A stretch of 64,000 nucleotides of DNA. Source: the human T2T-CHM13v2.0 reference genome, Homo sapiens. The first letter of the stretch is position 1, and every line of letters begins with the position of its first letter. The stretch lies in the NCBI RefSeq assembly GCF_009914755.1, contig NC_060926.1. The stretch is one strand, 5' to 3'. The notes beneath the pieces were generated by a model. It saw only the letters and a list, made by a program, of their open reading frames with translations. It had not been told where the DNA came from and searched no databases. This document shows positions 32,381 through 44,670 of the stretch, in pieces. A program made the position numbers and the translations under genes.

Positions 32381-33323
32381 TTGACATTTGAAAAACCATG
32401 TTAATATTTCCAATTCAGCTTTAATATTATAGGGTTTCTTCCCCTTTAACGTTTTTTTAATTTTATCTTCATATATCTTTTCCTTTAAGCTGAAAAAATC
32501 TTAGTTTCAGTTAGTATTTTTACTTATTTACCTTCACCTACAACATGCATCAAATAGTTCCAAAATTACAATACTGATATTACTCGGAGGACTAAAACTA
32601 TCAAGCGAAGTTTAAGACTTGTTTTTCATTTTTTTGACCTTAGAATATGTCAGAATACTAAACCTGCTGAACAAAGACGAAAAAAAAACAATAAAATAAA
32701 AGAAAGCCTTATGCCTGCTAGTGATACTATAAATTGTTCATTTTCATTAAAACATTATCAGCCCTCATGTTAAATTAATGTTGCTATTTTGTATTTTATT
32801 GGTTTTGTATAATTGTTGATATATGATTTCTAAATGTGCTTTGGTTTTATAGTATTATAAGAGCTATCAGCATAAGAAGTGTATGCTTAATTTTATATTT
32901 GTATACATTCAAAAGACATAATAATCAAAACCATTTAGGCCATAGTTTCAAGTAAACATGTCGCAGTGAAGTTTGTTGTAGAGTCTTCTTTCCTGAATAG
33001 CAAGAAAATGTACAAAGTTAGTTTTTAAAAATTTACAAATTTAGTTTCTTAATATTTCTATAAATGAGTTCTTTATAAGAAGCTTGTATCATTCTCACAA
33101 ATTAAAAATAATAATATTTTAGCAAGCTATTTTTAAAATATAATTTAAGCCCACACTTCCACATTTGGGGTAAGTGATAATTTTTTCCTCTGAAAGACAA
33201 CAAATACTAACACAGGCCCAGACTTGGCTTTTGTGAGTCAATTAGTGATCCGAAGGTGAGTGGTATTTAAACGTATGATGAGGGTAAGATTTGATTTATT
33301 TTACATATATATCTTCTGGTATC

Positions 33324-33337
33324 TGTGTGTGTGTGTG

Positions 33338-33376
<39 letters not shown>
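33324..33376. repeat. (TG)n followed by a T38 homopolymer
   Basis: Direct reading: T run at 33339-33376. Confidence 0.9.
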
Positions 33377-33378
<2 letters not shown>

Positions 33379-33501
33379 AATTTTGGATAATACATGTCCA
33401 ATTTTAGAAAGAGCAGAAAACACAGACAAGCTCAGTAAAGAACAGATGTTCTGATTCAGGGCTAATAATAAATCAGCACCTCCCTAGAAAGAAAAGGCAG
33501 A

Positions 33502-33787
33502 GGCTGGGCGTGGTGGCTCACGCCTGTAATCCCAGCACTTTGGGAGGCCGAGGCGGGCAGATCACGAGGTCAGGAGATCGAGACCACGGTGAAACCCCGT
33601 CTCTACTAAAAATACAAAAACTTAGCTGGGCACTGTGGCGGGCGCCTGTAGTCCCGGCTACTCGGGAGGCTGAGGCAGGAAAATGGCGTGAACCCGCGAG
33701 GCGGAGCTTGCAAGTGAGCTGAGATGGCGCCACTGCACTCCAGCCTGGGCGACAGAGCGAGACTCCATCTCAAAAAAAAAAAAAAAT
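33502..33787 (+). mobile_element. Young AluY with a 12-bp left-arm deletion (Yd lineage-like)
   Basis: gagaccacggtgaaacccc lacks atcctggctaac. CpG-rich. TSD agaaaaggcaga at 33490-33501 and 33788-33799. Confidence 0.9.
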
Positions 33788-34582
33788 AGAAAAGGCAGAG
33801 AGGAAGGAGCCCCGATGCCCTGACGCGTTCCCATGACAGAGTGAAGGGCTTGCCCATGCTGCCCTGTGCCCCCCAACACCCTGGCCCAGCCATGGCCGCT
33901 ACAGCCATCCTGAGCCTGACAGCCACACCAAGCGTGCTGAGCGCTGCTGCTCCGGCCACACACGTAACCACAGCCTGCTCACTTCCATCTGGTTGACCCA
34001 GCACGGGGGATGCTTCAATCTAACATTTTTCAGTTCCAGCTGCCTACAAATATATCTCTATCAACGCATATATCCTCAGATACATGCGTATTTTTTCTTT
34101 TTGGCCTTCGCTGTGTTCTTTCCCTCTGGCCTCCACACAGGACCTCACGAAGCCAGACCGTAAGATCTACAGGGGCTCTCAGACACCACCCCATCCAACA
34201 GCTCGGTAAGGAGACAAAAGCCAAGGTCCGGGGAGGGAACTAGCTGAGGGTCACACCTCTAATAACACAAAGAGCCTGCCCCAGGCCCAGATTCTGCACT
34301 TGGCTTTCCTCTTTCGTGTACTGTATTCCAGGCACATTCCTGATAAGCCCCCAAAATGCCTCTACCCCACAGTCCCATCAGAAAGAGGAGGGCAGGAGAA
34401 CCTAAGGCAGACTGCAGAGAGAAAAGTGAGGATTTCATCCCCTGTCCCTTGCCACCTCCCCTAAAGAGCCTGGGAAAGGTAGAGACTTGCTTTACTAGCT
34501 TCTCCTGCAACAGAGTGGACATTTGACACAGTTCTGGGAAATGAGACTTGAGTGAAAATCTTCCAGAATTGGGAAAGGTTTG

Positions 34583-34902
34583 TTTTTTCTTTCCTTTTTT
34601 TTTTTTTTTTTTTTAAGAGGCAGGGTCTTACCCTGTGACCCAGGCTGGAATCCGGTGGCACAATCCTGGCTCACTGCAGCCTCGACCTCCCAGGCTCAAG
34701 CAATCCTCCTACCTCAGCCTCCTGAGTAGCTGAGAACACAGGTGCATGCCACCAAACCCAGCTAATTTTTTTTATTATTTTTTGTAGAGATGGGGGTCTC
34801 ACTAAGCTGTCCAGGCTGGTCTTGAACTCCTGGCCTCAGGTGATTCTGCCACCTTGGCCTCCCAAAGTGCTAGGATTGCAAGTACGAACCACCACACCTG
34901 GC
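34583..34902 (-). mobile_element. AluJ-like
   Basis: Antisense Alu with gcagcctcgacctcccaggctcaagcaatcc. Confidence 0.88.
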
Positions 34903-35504
34903 ATGCTTTTCTTGATTAAAGGGAAATATGCAGCTGGCACCTTCTCTTCCCCCTCCCTGCTGCCTTGAACACAAATGCAATGTCTGGAGCTACAGCAAGT
35001 CTTTTGAAATCATGAGGCAACAAGCAAGAGCAAAACCCAAGAGGCCTGCAGACAGGACTCCACGGACATCAGGGCTTGCTGAACCAACATAGCCAGTTCG
35101 CTGGTTTGGCCTCTAGCAAAAGAATTTTCTGTTTCTTGTAGCAAAAACCTTCCTAATTGATGCTTACACCCACCACTCACAAACAAATCCACTTAACAGA
35201 TAATCACTGAACTCTGATGTGAACCTGACTCTAAGGATACAGACATGAATGCATTGGGGCTAGGAGTAAATGAGTGTTCTTCAGACAATTCTGTAAAATA
35301 AATATTCTTGTCTGGGGCAATCGATGCATGAGCAGGCCAGCACCAGACATGATTTATGATAGCGCTGAGCCCAGATGATAAGACGTGTCTACAGACCTCT
35401 TCCCCTCAGGCTCCTTTCTTCTTTAAATGAGAAGCTCAAAGAAAATCAGTTGGTTGGCAAGGGACACTGAAGTGGAAGGTGGGAAGCGGAGGCACCCCTG
35501 GAGG

Positions 35505-35592
35505 GAGAGAACAGAGTGCTGGGGGACAGAGATGGACAGAGAGAGAGAGTGGGAGACAGAGAGACAGACAGAGAGAGAGAGAAGGAGAGAGT
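35505..35592. repeat. GA-rich simple repeat
   Basis: (GA)n/(GACA)n tract. Confidence 0.75.
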
Positions 35593-35949
35593 GCGGGAGT
35601 GAGCAGCACACACAGGCAGGAGCACAGCAGGTCCAAGGGCCCCCACTCCTGCCTGATAGCCCCCATGAAACCATAACAGGCAAGAAGAGACCCAGAGGTG
35701 CTCAGACCCAGAGTGGAGCCACTGGGGACCCACAGTGACCTCCTCCTCAGTCTGTGAGGATGTGGGCCACTCACTGTTCCCTGAAACAAAACAAGTCCCT
35801 CTGGTTGCAAACAACAGAAACTGAGGCCAACTCCAGCAGCAAGGGAACAGCCTGCCACGGGTGCAGATGGAATCGAGGGGTCTCCTGGCCCTGCACTCAC
35901 CTAATTGCCCCCCAACTGCAGCGCCTCATCCCCTAGAGCACCCTCCGAG

Positions 35950-36450
35950 CAGACACACTTGGAGGGGCAGAGGCTTCTGAGTGCAGGGACCCCCCACCCC
36001 CCGCCCCTGAGCCCCACTAAGATGACTTCTTTTATTCCCTATGCATAGCCAGTGACTTACGCTGACTTTTCTGGAAACTGGGACTTTAAATAGGAGTTTT
36101 TAAAAAGGAAAGAAATCTCTGTTCTGCTTCTTAAAAACACCCTTTTCCCCTTTTTACTTTCAGAAGAAGGAACCAGAGAAGACTAGAAACAGGATGGAAC
36201 GGGAAGGTGGAGGGAGAGGCGAAGGGGAAGTCTCGATGCTGACTACAAGGCCCCCTCATCCTCCGGCCTCCGGCTTGCAGGGACTGCCCCTGCCTTGGGA
36301 GAGTCCTCACAGGCCACACCTGCCACTGGGCCAGGCCCAGAGCAGACACTCACGACAGATGATAAGAATGACAGCTGCCTGCGTTTGAGCAGGCACTCTA
36401 GGTGACTGTTGTACACAGTGCTTTTCAAGCATAATCTACCCTAACCTTCA
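35950..36450. promoter_or_regulatory. Candidate myeloid/microglial enhancer core ~28.5 kb upstream of BIN1
   Basis: Non-repeat sequence with an ETS/PU.1-like gaaggggaagt (36221-36231), MEF2-like ctttaaatag (36084-36093) and ttaaaaaCac (36131-36140). Position and context match my recollection of the rs6733839 enhancer. Boundaries approximate. Confidence 0.6.
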
Positions 36451-39400
36451 CACCAGCCCTGTGGGGTAGGTGAATCTCACCCCATCTTACAGAGGAGGAA
36501 ACAGGGGTTTGGAGTGGTTGAGTGACTTGCTGTCAGACAAGTCTAAATCTGACAGCAACGCCTGTGTTTGGATCCCATGCCAGAGACTGCGAGCTAGCCC
36601 CAGGCTGGTTCCAGGCTGTACACAGGTTTCACTTGATTCACACACATGGGGCCTCCTCAGAGTTTTAAATTTTATTTGTTGTCAACATTTAGCAATCAGA
36701 AGAGTTAACATTAAATCTCACATTTCTGAATTCTCTAGAAAAATTAGGACATCAGGCTCCACTGGGCTTATGTTTCCTCCTGGGAATAATTGGCTGAGCT
36801 GGGTAGCAGCTGACCCCTTTACATCAGACTCTTCTGCCTTGTTTGCCCCAGCCCTCACCACTCCCTATTGTACCTCCAACACCAAAGACAAGAATCAAAG
36901 GCCACTTTTCACCCCCTTCCTGGTCCACTCCATTCACTCATGGTATCCACGTAGCCCTGTGAGCAGGGGTTTGTGACTCTGCCACTAAGCTATATGGCTT
37001 CATGGATGGATGGATGAGGGGAGGGAAAGACAGAAGGATGGGAAGGGCTGGGGAGATTTCAGCTGCCTGCTCAGGAAGTACCTATGGACAATGCCCAGCA
37101 TCCTACAGCCAGCTCACCAACCCCTAACTGTGCTGCAGGACTGCAGGATGCCTGTCCTGACAAGTTGGCCTGCTCATCCTCTTCCCCCGAAACCCAGGCC
37201 CTGAGAGTCCCCAGCAGCATGAAGGCCTCACCCTTCGTGCAGCGATCCATCGGTCACCACCTAGGGCAGAGCAGGCCCACCTTTGATGCAGAAGAAATGA
37301 GATGAGGCGGGCAAGTGCCTGCCAGTGCCCAGTACAAGGTGGGAAGTCAGGGAATCGTGAGCATCAGAGAGGCCACGTGAGCAGTTGCCATGCTGGCCCC
37401 TGATGCTGGGGTGGGAGGGGCCCAGGCATCCAGGAGCAGAGAAGGGTGTGGGGTGGGAGACGGGGGAAGACGGAGAGAGGAGGCATCCTGGGGTGGGATG
37501 CGCGTACAGGAGGACGGGGTGGGGAGGAATGAGGAAGGAAGAGCCAAGGCCTGAAAGGGGCCATGCGGGAAGCTGGAGTCTGCTGACCCCATCTCCATGC
37601 CCAAGATGGAACAGACAGGGCTGGGGTGACCAAGGGACTTACAGGAAGGTCTAGTGTCCATTTCCACCCATAGGGGAAGGAAGATTTGGAAGTCTGCCCA
37701 AAGATTAATGCTGGAACCACATCTTAGCCACAGAACAGGAGCTCCAGGGGTGCAGGAGGGGTGTTAGCCCCCATGGGGACGGAAGAGAAGCAGGGCAGGA
37801 AGGACATTGCTAGGTCAGTGTGGGTGGGGTGTGGGAGCTGAGGGATCTCACCTTTGACCTGACTAACTCCCAGGATGACCCTGGGAGACACTGGAGAAGT
37901 CCTGGTCTGAAAGCCAGGGCAGCATCATGGGCAGCCTCTGAGAGCCTCAGACCTGCCTGTCCCTGGTGCCTAGGTCACCAGCGAGGCCTAATTTGCAGTG
38001 GAGGCTGGTCATGGGGCTTGTGGCAACTTTCCCTTCAGCCTTTGAAGTCCCTGACATACTAATAATCTCCTGCAGAACTGGGCTGCAGCTGCTTTTCTTG
38101 CAGAAAGACAGGAGGCAGTTTGAGGAGGAACCTGCCCCTCCAGTCAAGGGCCAAAGCACCCTCCCGCTTCAGAGCCCCTGCAGCACCGTGGCCCGAGCCC
38201 ACAGAGGGGTGCTGGGAGAGCAGAAGAAGATGGACTGGCCTGGGAGTGGGCAGCATGCCATGTGGAGGGCTCACCCTGGCAAGCTCAAAGGGCCCCTGAT
38301 GTCAACCAGTCCCAGGGGACAGGCCCGGGGGCTCATCACAACGCAAGCACCAGCCAGACACCAGCGCATGAACTGACAAAGAGAATGTTGCTGCCGGGGG
38401 CCTGTCCCTCTCTCTGCAGCTGCCGCGTCCTCTCGCGGCAGGGGCATTGCCACAGGAAGCCAGAGGACCACTCGGAAGTTCTGGGTGACACCAACTCAGT
38501 GCAAAGGGCAATGGTTGGCCAAACTCCACGGCCCTTGTCCTGGAGCTATGTCCAGATGCTGACGCTCCCTCTCAGGGTTTCTTCACACGCTTCCTTCAGC
38601 TCCATTCCTCACATCCACCTAGATGGCAGGGTGTGACAAGGACAGTGTCTGCGGACTAGGCCTGTCACTCATGGCGTGTCTGTCACATCAGCTTTCTTGG
38701 GGGCGACCCATTCCTTGAGGCCGCCTCCCATAGAGCCACTCCGCACGCGTGGGGGTGTGGGCACGGCCTACCCTGCTGGCCACAGGACAGAGTGCTGGGC
38801 ACATCTCCTCAGCCACGCTCGCAGACAGCTGTCTTCCAAGTTCAGGGTGGGACGCAGGTCACTGGTCACCACCACTCGCCCAGCAGACAGGCTGAGCCTA
38901 TTTATGCAGCAGCACCAGCCAGTGAGGAGGAACACCTTTGAGAACATCCTGTCATGAACCCTCGCCCAAACGGACTTCCAGCACCAGGGCATTTGGCCTC
39001 ACTGCAACAGGATGCCAGGGGTGGATGCGGGGGCAGGGGCAGCAGGGTGGGGGGCACAACCCTGGGGGTTTGCACATCTTTTTGCTCTGCCTTTCTCACT
39101 GTCAGCTTCTGGGGCTGCCCGCTGGCCTTTCAGGCAGACATCCCACCCCCACCTCCACCCCCCACCCCACAGTGGCCCTGGGGGCACCAGAGATTGAGAG
39201 CCACTGGTTTAGGCATTAACCCTTCTGCTGGGATGTACCCTCCCTTCCTCGGACTCTGCCCTGTGCTCAGCCATGCGCTTCGGGCAGGTGGAGGCCTGGA
39301 GGGTCGACTGGCCACAGCCACCTTTCCCACTGCCCAACAGCAGGGTCCCACGACTGCGGCTGCATGCCCTCTTCACTTTCCTCCGGGGGCCTCCCAGACC

Positions 39401-40032
39401 CCCACTCTGTGTGCCAGCACTTAGTCCTGCCTAAAACAGCAACTCTTCCGGGGCGAGGGAGACTCAAGGCAGAAACAAGGTCTTCACAGCCCCTGGCTGT
39501 ATCCGCTCTGGACCCCATCCCTCCTCCCTGGTTCCACCCCGGGCTAGGCTCTCCCATCTGCCCCGGCCACCCCAGAGACAGACGTTCAAGCTGAGGCATC
39601 AGGAGATTCAAGATGGCTTTTCTGGAGAGTTTCAGTTTGAAAGAGCAGCCTGCTCAAGAAAGTAAATCCCTAATAGTGGACTGTGGTGGTGGTGGTGGCA
39701 TTTTCAATTTGATTATTGCTGGAACATAGGAAAGGCCTACATTAGCTTGTTGCTATTGTAACCTAGCCAGCATGCTAAATTCCTTCATTAATTTTAATCA
39801 TTTGCCAAATAATGTTCTTGGGTATCCAAGTAGAAGGTTGTACCATCTGCTAATAAAACAATTTTCTTCCTTTCCAGTACCTATGCATTTTATCTCCATT
39901 TTGGGTCAAAGAAATATCTATTTTAAGAGGTACCAATGGGCATAGAGTAGAAGAACAGTCTCTTCTTCTCATCCCCCAATCACCCAGATTCTTTCCCTGG
40001 GAGTAGACACTGTGACCAGTTTCCTGTGAGCC

Positions 40033-40157
40033 CATCTGAAACCAAAAAAGAGCCCACACAGCTAAGACAATCCTAAGGAAAAAGAACAAAGCTGGAGGCA
40101 TTACGCTACCTGACTTCAAACTATACTACAAGGCTATAGTAAACAAAACAGCATGGT
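40033..40157 (+). mobile_element. Isolated L1P ORF2 internal fragment
   Basis: Translates [39 protein letters not shown], close to L1 ORF2p [39 protein letters not shown]. Confidence 0.88.
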
Positions 40158-42839
40158 GTGCTTTTCTCCCAATACTTTGATGTTAGGTTGTTAGATGAAT
40201 AAAAGTTCATAATTGTTACATCATTATGAAATATTTTCTTTTTTCCTTTTGTTTTGCCTTGAATTCCATTTTTATGACATTATTAAACTTGTTACCTTTT
40301 TTGTTAGCATATATTTGATGTACCTTTTTTCCATCCTTTCGTTTTCAATTTTTCTGTCATTCTTTCTTTGTATCTCAGAAATAGCATGTAGCTGCATTTT
40401 AGGGATTTCTTTTCCTCCTGATTTGTTGTTTTTCATGAGACAATTCAAACCATTCCCATTTATTGTGATTACTGACATGTCAAAGCTTGTTTCTGCCATA
40501 TTGTTTTATATTTATTAATATATGTACCATGCTTTCTACTTTTCCCCACGGTTTTCCTTTTTTATCAATTGACCAGCTCTTCTTCATTTAATTTCTGATT
40601 AAGTGCTTACCTTTAAATTTTAACTCCAACATCTGTCCATTATTTTATTTTCCCTTATAGCCTGTGTAAGTGTAGTGCCCCTTGTCATTATGCTCGGCAA
40701 AGCACAAACCTTAGCCCACTTGGACTTCCTTCCTCTCCTTCTCCTCCCCACCTGCAATGTTAATACCACTTGAGCTTTTAGTTCCAGTTCCATTTAGACT
40801 TAGCAGCAAATTCTAATTCCTTTACTCACCACTGCTTCTTGAATCTGTAGCTTTCTCTTGGATTTATTTTCATTGTGTTGAAGTACCTCCTCCTACAGGT
40901 AGGATGGAAGGTGACTCATTTTCTCATCTGTGGATGTCTGAAATTGTCTTTACATATTTTACCTTCACACTTGAATGATGGCTTTAGCCGATTCAAACAT
41001 GTGTCCCTTAGATCTCTAAAAATATTTCCCCTGGGTCTCTGAAGATCTTCCAACATGCAGTGTTGTAGCTAAATCTAATATTAGTCTGCTTTCTCTTAGG
41101 AGTAATCTGTTTTCCTTTTCTCCATCCTTCATGTTCTAAGTTTCAGCCCAGCCAGTCTATCATTTTCTGTTCTGCTTGTCATGAAGTGGGCCCCTTCAGG
41201 ATGAGGACTTTTGTCTTTTGTAGACTTGAGAAATTTCCTTCTCTATTAATCTTAGCGTTCCCCACATCCAACCTCTCTAGTCCCTCTTTCTGGAGCTCCT
41301 ATTTAAAAGGTATTAACATTTCTGAATCTAGTCTTCATATAGCCTCACTTTTATTTTATGCTTTCTATCTCTTCTTTTTGCGGGGCATTCTAGATGAAGT
41401 CCTCAATTTGATTTTCCAGTTCACTAATATGCTATTATTGACCTACATCCAGTCTGATCATACTCCAAAAGCCCCTTTTTGAATATACCTTTGAGCGTCT
41501 TCTTTTTTATTTCTAAGGCCTCACACCGTTTCCTCTCACAGCTTTCTGAGATTAACTGTGCTTCGTCCGTGTGCTCTGCTTGCTGTTTATCTGGGTATCA
41601 GTCTGTTTCCTGTGCTCTGCGTCCCAGTCATGGCAGTGCTTTCCTCAGTGTTCAGCGGCTCTGGTGTGTGCTCGTCTTGTGTTTGAGGTTCTTTGTTACC
41701 CAGTCTATGGGTGATGCCTCCAGCCACGGTGTGGGAGAGATGACCGTGGGTGGAAAACAAGCTGGTGGACGTGGTGTGCCTGCATCCGAGGTCCATTTGT
41801 CCAGAGTGTCACCTTGCCTCCCTAGGCTGGGCGTTCACACTGGCAGGAGGGAGACAGAGATCCCTGCTGCCTGCTATTTGGCTAAGTGGGAAAGGTGTGG
41901 TGGGAGGAGTAGATAGCTGGCTGGCTTTGTGGTTCCTACTGCAACATCCTAACCCACGACCTACCAGTCACCACCACCCCATTCACCATCTTCAAGCTTA
42001 AATTCCCTTCAAAACTGCCTATGACAGCAGGTCTCCCTATACGTATTTTGGGCAGTGGTTTCTTCCTTTCAACCCCACCAATTTCCTTCTTTCAATAATT
42101 CCTCGCAACTTTAAATCCACCGAGGCCCCTTCTCGTCTCCTAGAACATTTTTGGATGACATGTATTTATTTTTTCTGGTATTTCTAAGGGTTTGGGACAG
42201 GAAAAAGTGGTTGGGGTTCAGTCTGCCATTTTTAGCTAATTTCTAAATAGATTTTTCAAGTGCTCAGAGCAACCCTATGAGCTAGGTATTAGTAATAACT
42301 CTCAATTTACAAATGAGGAGACAAGCTTAGAGAAAAAAATACAAAATTTTCTCAAGATTTCACTGCCGGCAAAGAGCAGCACTACGTCCCTAACTCAACT
42401 CTGTTCAACACTAAGCCCACTGCCGTCCCATGCGGGTAAGTCGAATGCAAAGCTCTGCCCCGTGATTTTTCCAAAGCATCCAGAAAAAGCCTTACAACCT
42501 CCCGGGCTTCTGCTTCTGGAACACACTGGAGGACCACTGCAGCAGGCCATGTCTCCAAAACTCTCCCAATGATCACAGCCGCTAATTCCATTCACTCATG
42601 CACACACTCGTTAATGTAGTATACACAGAGCATAGCCTGTGCTACAGACACTGCCAGAACAAAACAGACATGGTCCCAGCTCTCGCGGAACTTCCTGTCT
42701 GCTAACAACCCCTCGTGTTACAGATGAAGACTCGAAAACCAGAAAGGAAAGGACTTGCCCAGGATCACACAGTCAGTTAGAGGCAGAGTTGCTGTCAGAA
42801 TGCAGTCTCCTTACTCCCAGCCCAGTACCCCCCTTATCT

Positions 42840-42990
42840 TTTTATTTCTTATTAATATTTTATTTATAACTAATACATAATAGCCATACATGTTTATGGG
42901 GTACAGTGTGATGTTTCAATGCATATATACATTGTATCATGATCAAGTCAGGGTAATTACCATATCCATCACTTTAAACATTCATCTCCT
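42840..42990 (-). mobile_element. L1MA-type 3' end fragment
   Basis: tttatggggtacagtgtgatgtttcaatgcat...tcagggtaattaccatatccatcac. Confidence 0.72.
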
Positions 42991-44396
42991 GTCTTTTCTA
43001 AATAAGTAACACATGAACGTTATTGAAAAATTAGAAAATACAGGTGAACAATAAAGGAAGGGGTAAAAAATCACCCATAGCCCCATCTTGCAGAGGTCCA
43101 GGATGAACATTTTAGCATTTATCCTTCTAGACATTTTTCTATGCATACGTGTATTTTTTTCTCCTAACAATATTTTTAAGGTCTTACAACATTTGTTTTA
43201 TCTTACAAAAATACAATAATATTATACACATACGATTTCTCCTTAAGATATACTGGGCATCTTTTACATATTTTAATGAAACATTTCATTTCATTCTCAT
43301 TTATATAAAATCTATCCCCGTAACACATTTTTCTTGATTAAATGATTCACACAGAAAGTTTATGAATTTCAACTACATTAATAAAGATGAATGACACCAT
43401 TTTCATAAAGAAAAAATAAATGGCATATGAAATAAGGTAATATACTGAGTATTACAAGTAGACCCACAGCTAGATGTTTTCTATAGCAAAAACTACATGG
43501 TTTAGGAAATTGGTCGCCAGAGTTTAGAATATATCCCCACTTTGACTTGAGTCCCTGTACCTATATTATTAATAAGCACTTATCTATCTTTTTTTAAAGC
43601 ATATTGTGAAAAATGTTCCCATGTCAACAAATACTGCTGTATCATTCTTAGTCGCTATACAATACCCTACTGTGTGGTTGTATTACACATCAATACCCTA
43701 TTGTTGGAAATCAAGGCTGATTTCCAATTTTTCACATTTACAAATCAACCCTTCAGTTACTATTCTCATATCTCATAATACTAATCTTCAGCTAGCTTTG
43801 TCACCTGCATGATCTTTACCTCTTTATGTCTCAGAGTCCCCATCTGCAGAACAGGATTAAGTGGCCCAGACTGCACACCATGTTTGTCATTATTAAAGGA
43901 GAAAGGCCTGGTGAGGCTGCTGGTTCCAGCTGCTGTGTGATGGTGATAATGATGAGTTACCACTTGATGTCCTAGGAGTCCTAACCTGTATAAAAGAGAA
44001 AAAAATGAGGGCCCCTGGTCCACCTCAAACATTCCCCAAAGGATTAGCTTGAGTCTAGCACTAAGGGGATGTCACACACACAGCCATCTCCGTTGTAAGT
44101 GGACTTGAGGGTCACCAGCTTTCCACAGCCACCATCCTTCTGCTCCTCCAAAGGTCCTCTCACCTCTGCAGAGCACATGTAGACTGGTGAATTTCCAGGA
44201 GTGAGCAGTCAAGGGTAGTGGAGACAGAGGGTCAGTTGGATCCCTCAGCTCTGGAATGAACAGGAGTGACCAGAGCCAGGATCTTACAAGAGCTAGTTCT
44301 CCTGCTTCTAAGCCTTGCTATCCAGGAATTCTACATGTCAGACACAGCACAGCCTGCTGGCTGCTCTCAAAGAACCCAAATCAAGATCAATTCACA

Positions 44397-44670
44397 GGCT
44401 GGAAACGGTGGCCCACGCCTGTAATCCCAGCACCGGGAGGCTGAGGTGGGAGGATTGCTTGAGCCCAGGAGTTTGAGATCAGCCTGGGGAACATAGTGAG
44501 ACCCTGTCTCTACAAAAATAAAATTAGCTAGGTGTAGTGGCACCGCCTGTAGCCCTACGCAGGAGGCTGGGGTGGGATTACTTGAGCCCAGGAGGTTGAG
44601 GCTACAGTGAGCCATGATCATTCCAGCCTGGGTCACAGAGTAAGACTCCATCTCAAAAAGAAAAAAAAAA
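44397..44670 (+). mobile_element. AluJ-like
   Basis: Diverged Alu with aattcacag on both flanks. Confidence 0.88.

Noticed and set aside
38616-38629. CTCF-like motif cacctagatggcag (also catcagagggcag on the minus strand near 45470-45483)
   Set aside because: Two mismatches to the core consensus and cannot be supported without ChIP data.
42430-42445. Isolated strong donor GG|GTAAGT in a mildly CpG-retaining patch
   Set aside because: No convincing partner acceptor or promoter identified, and single motifs are common by chance.
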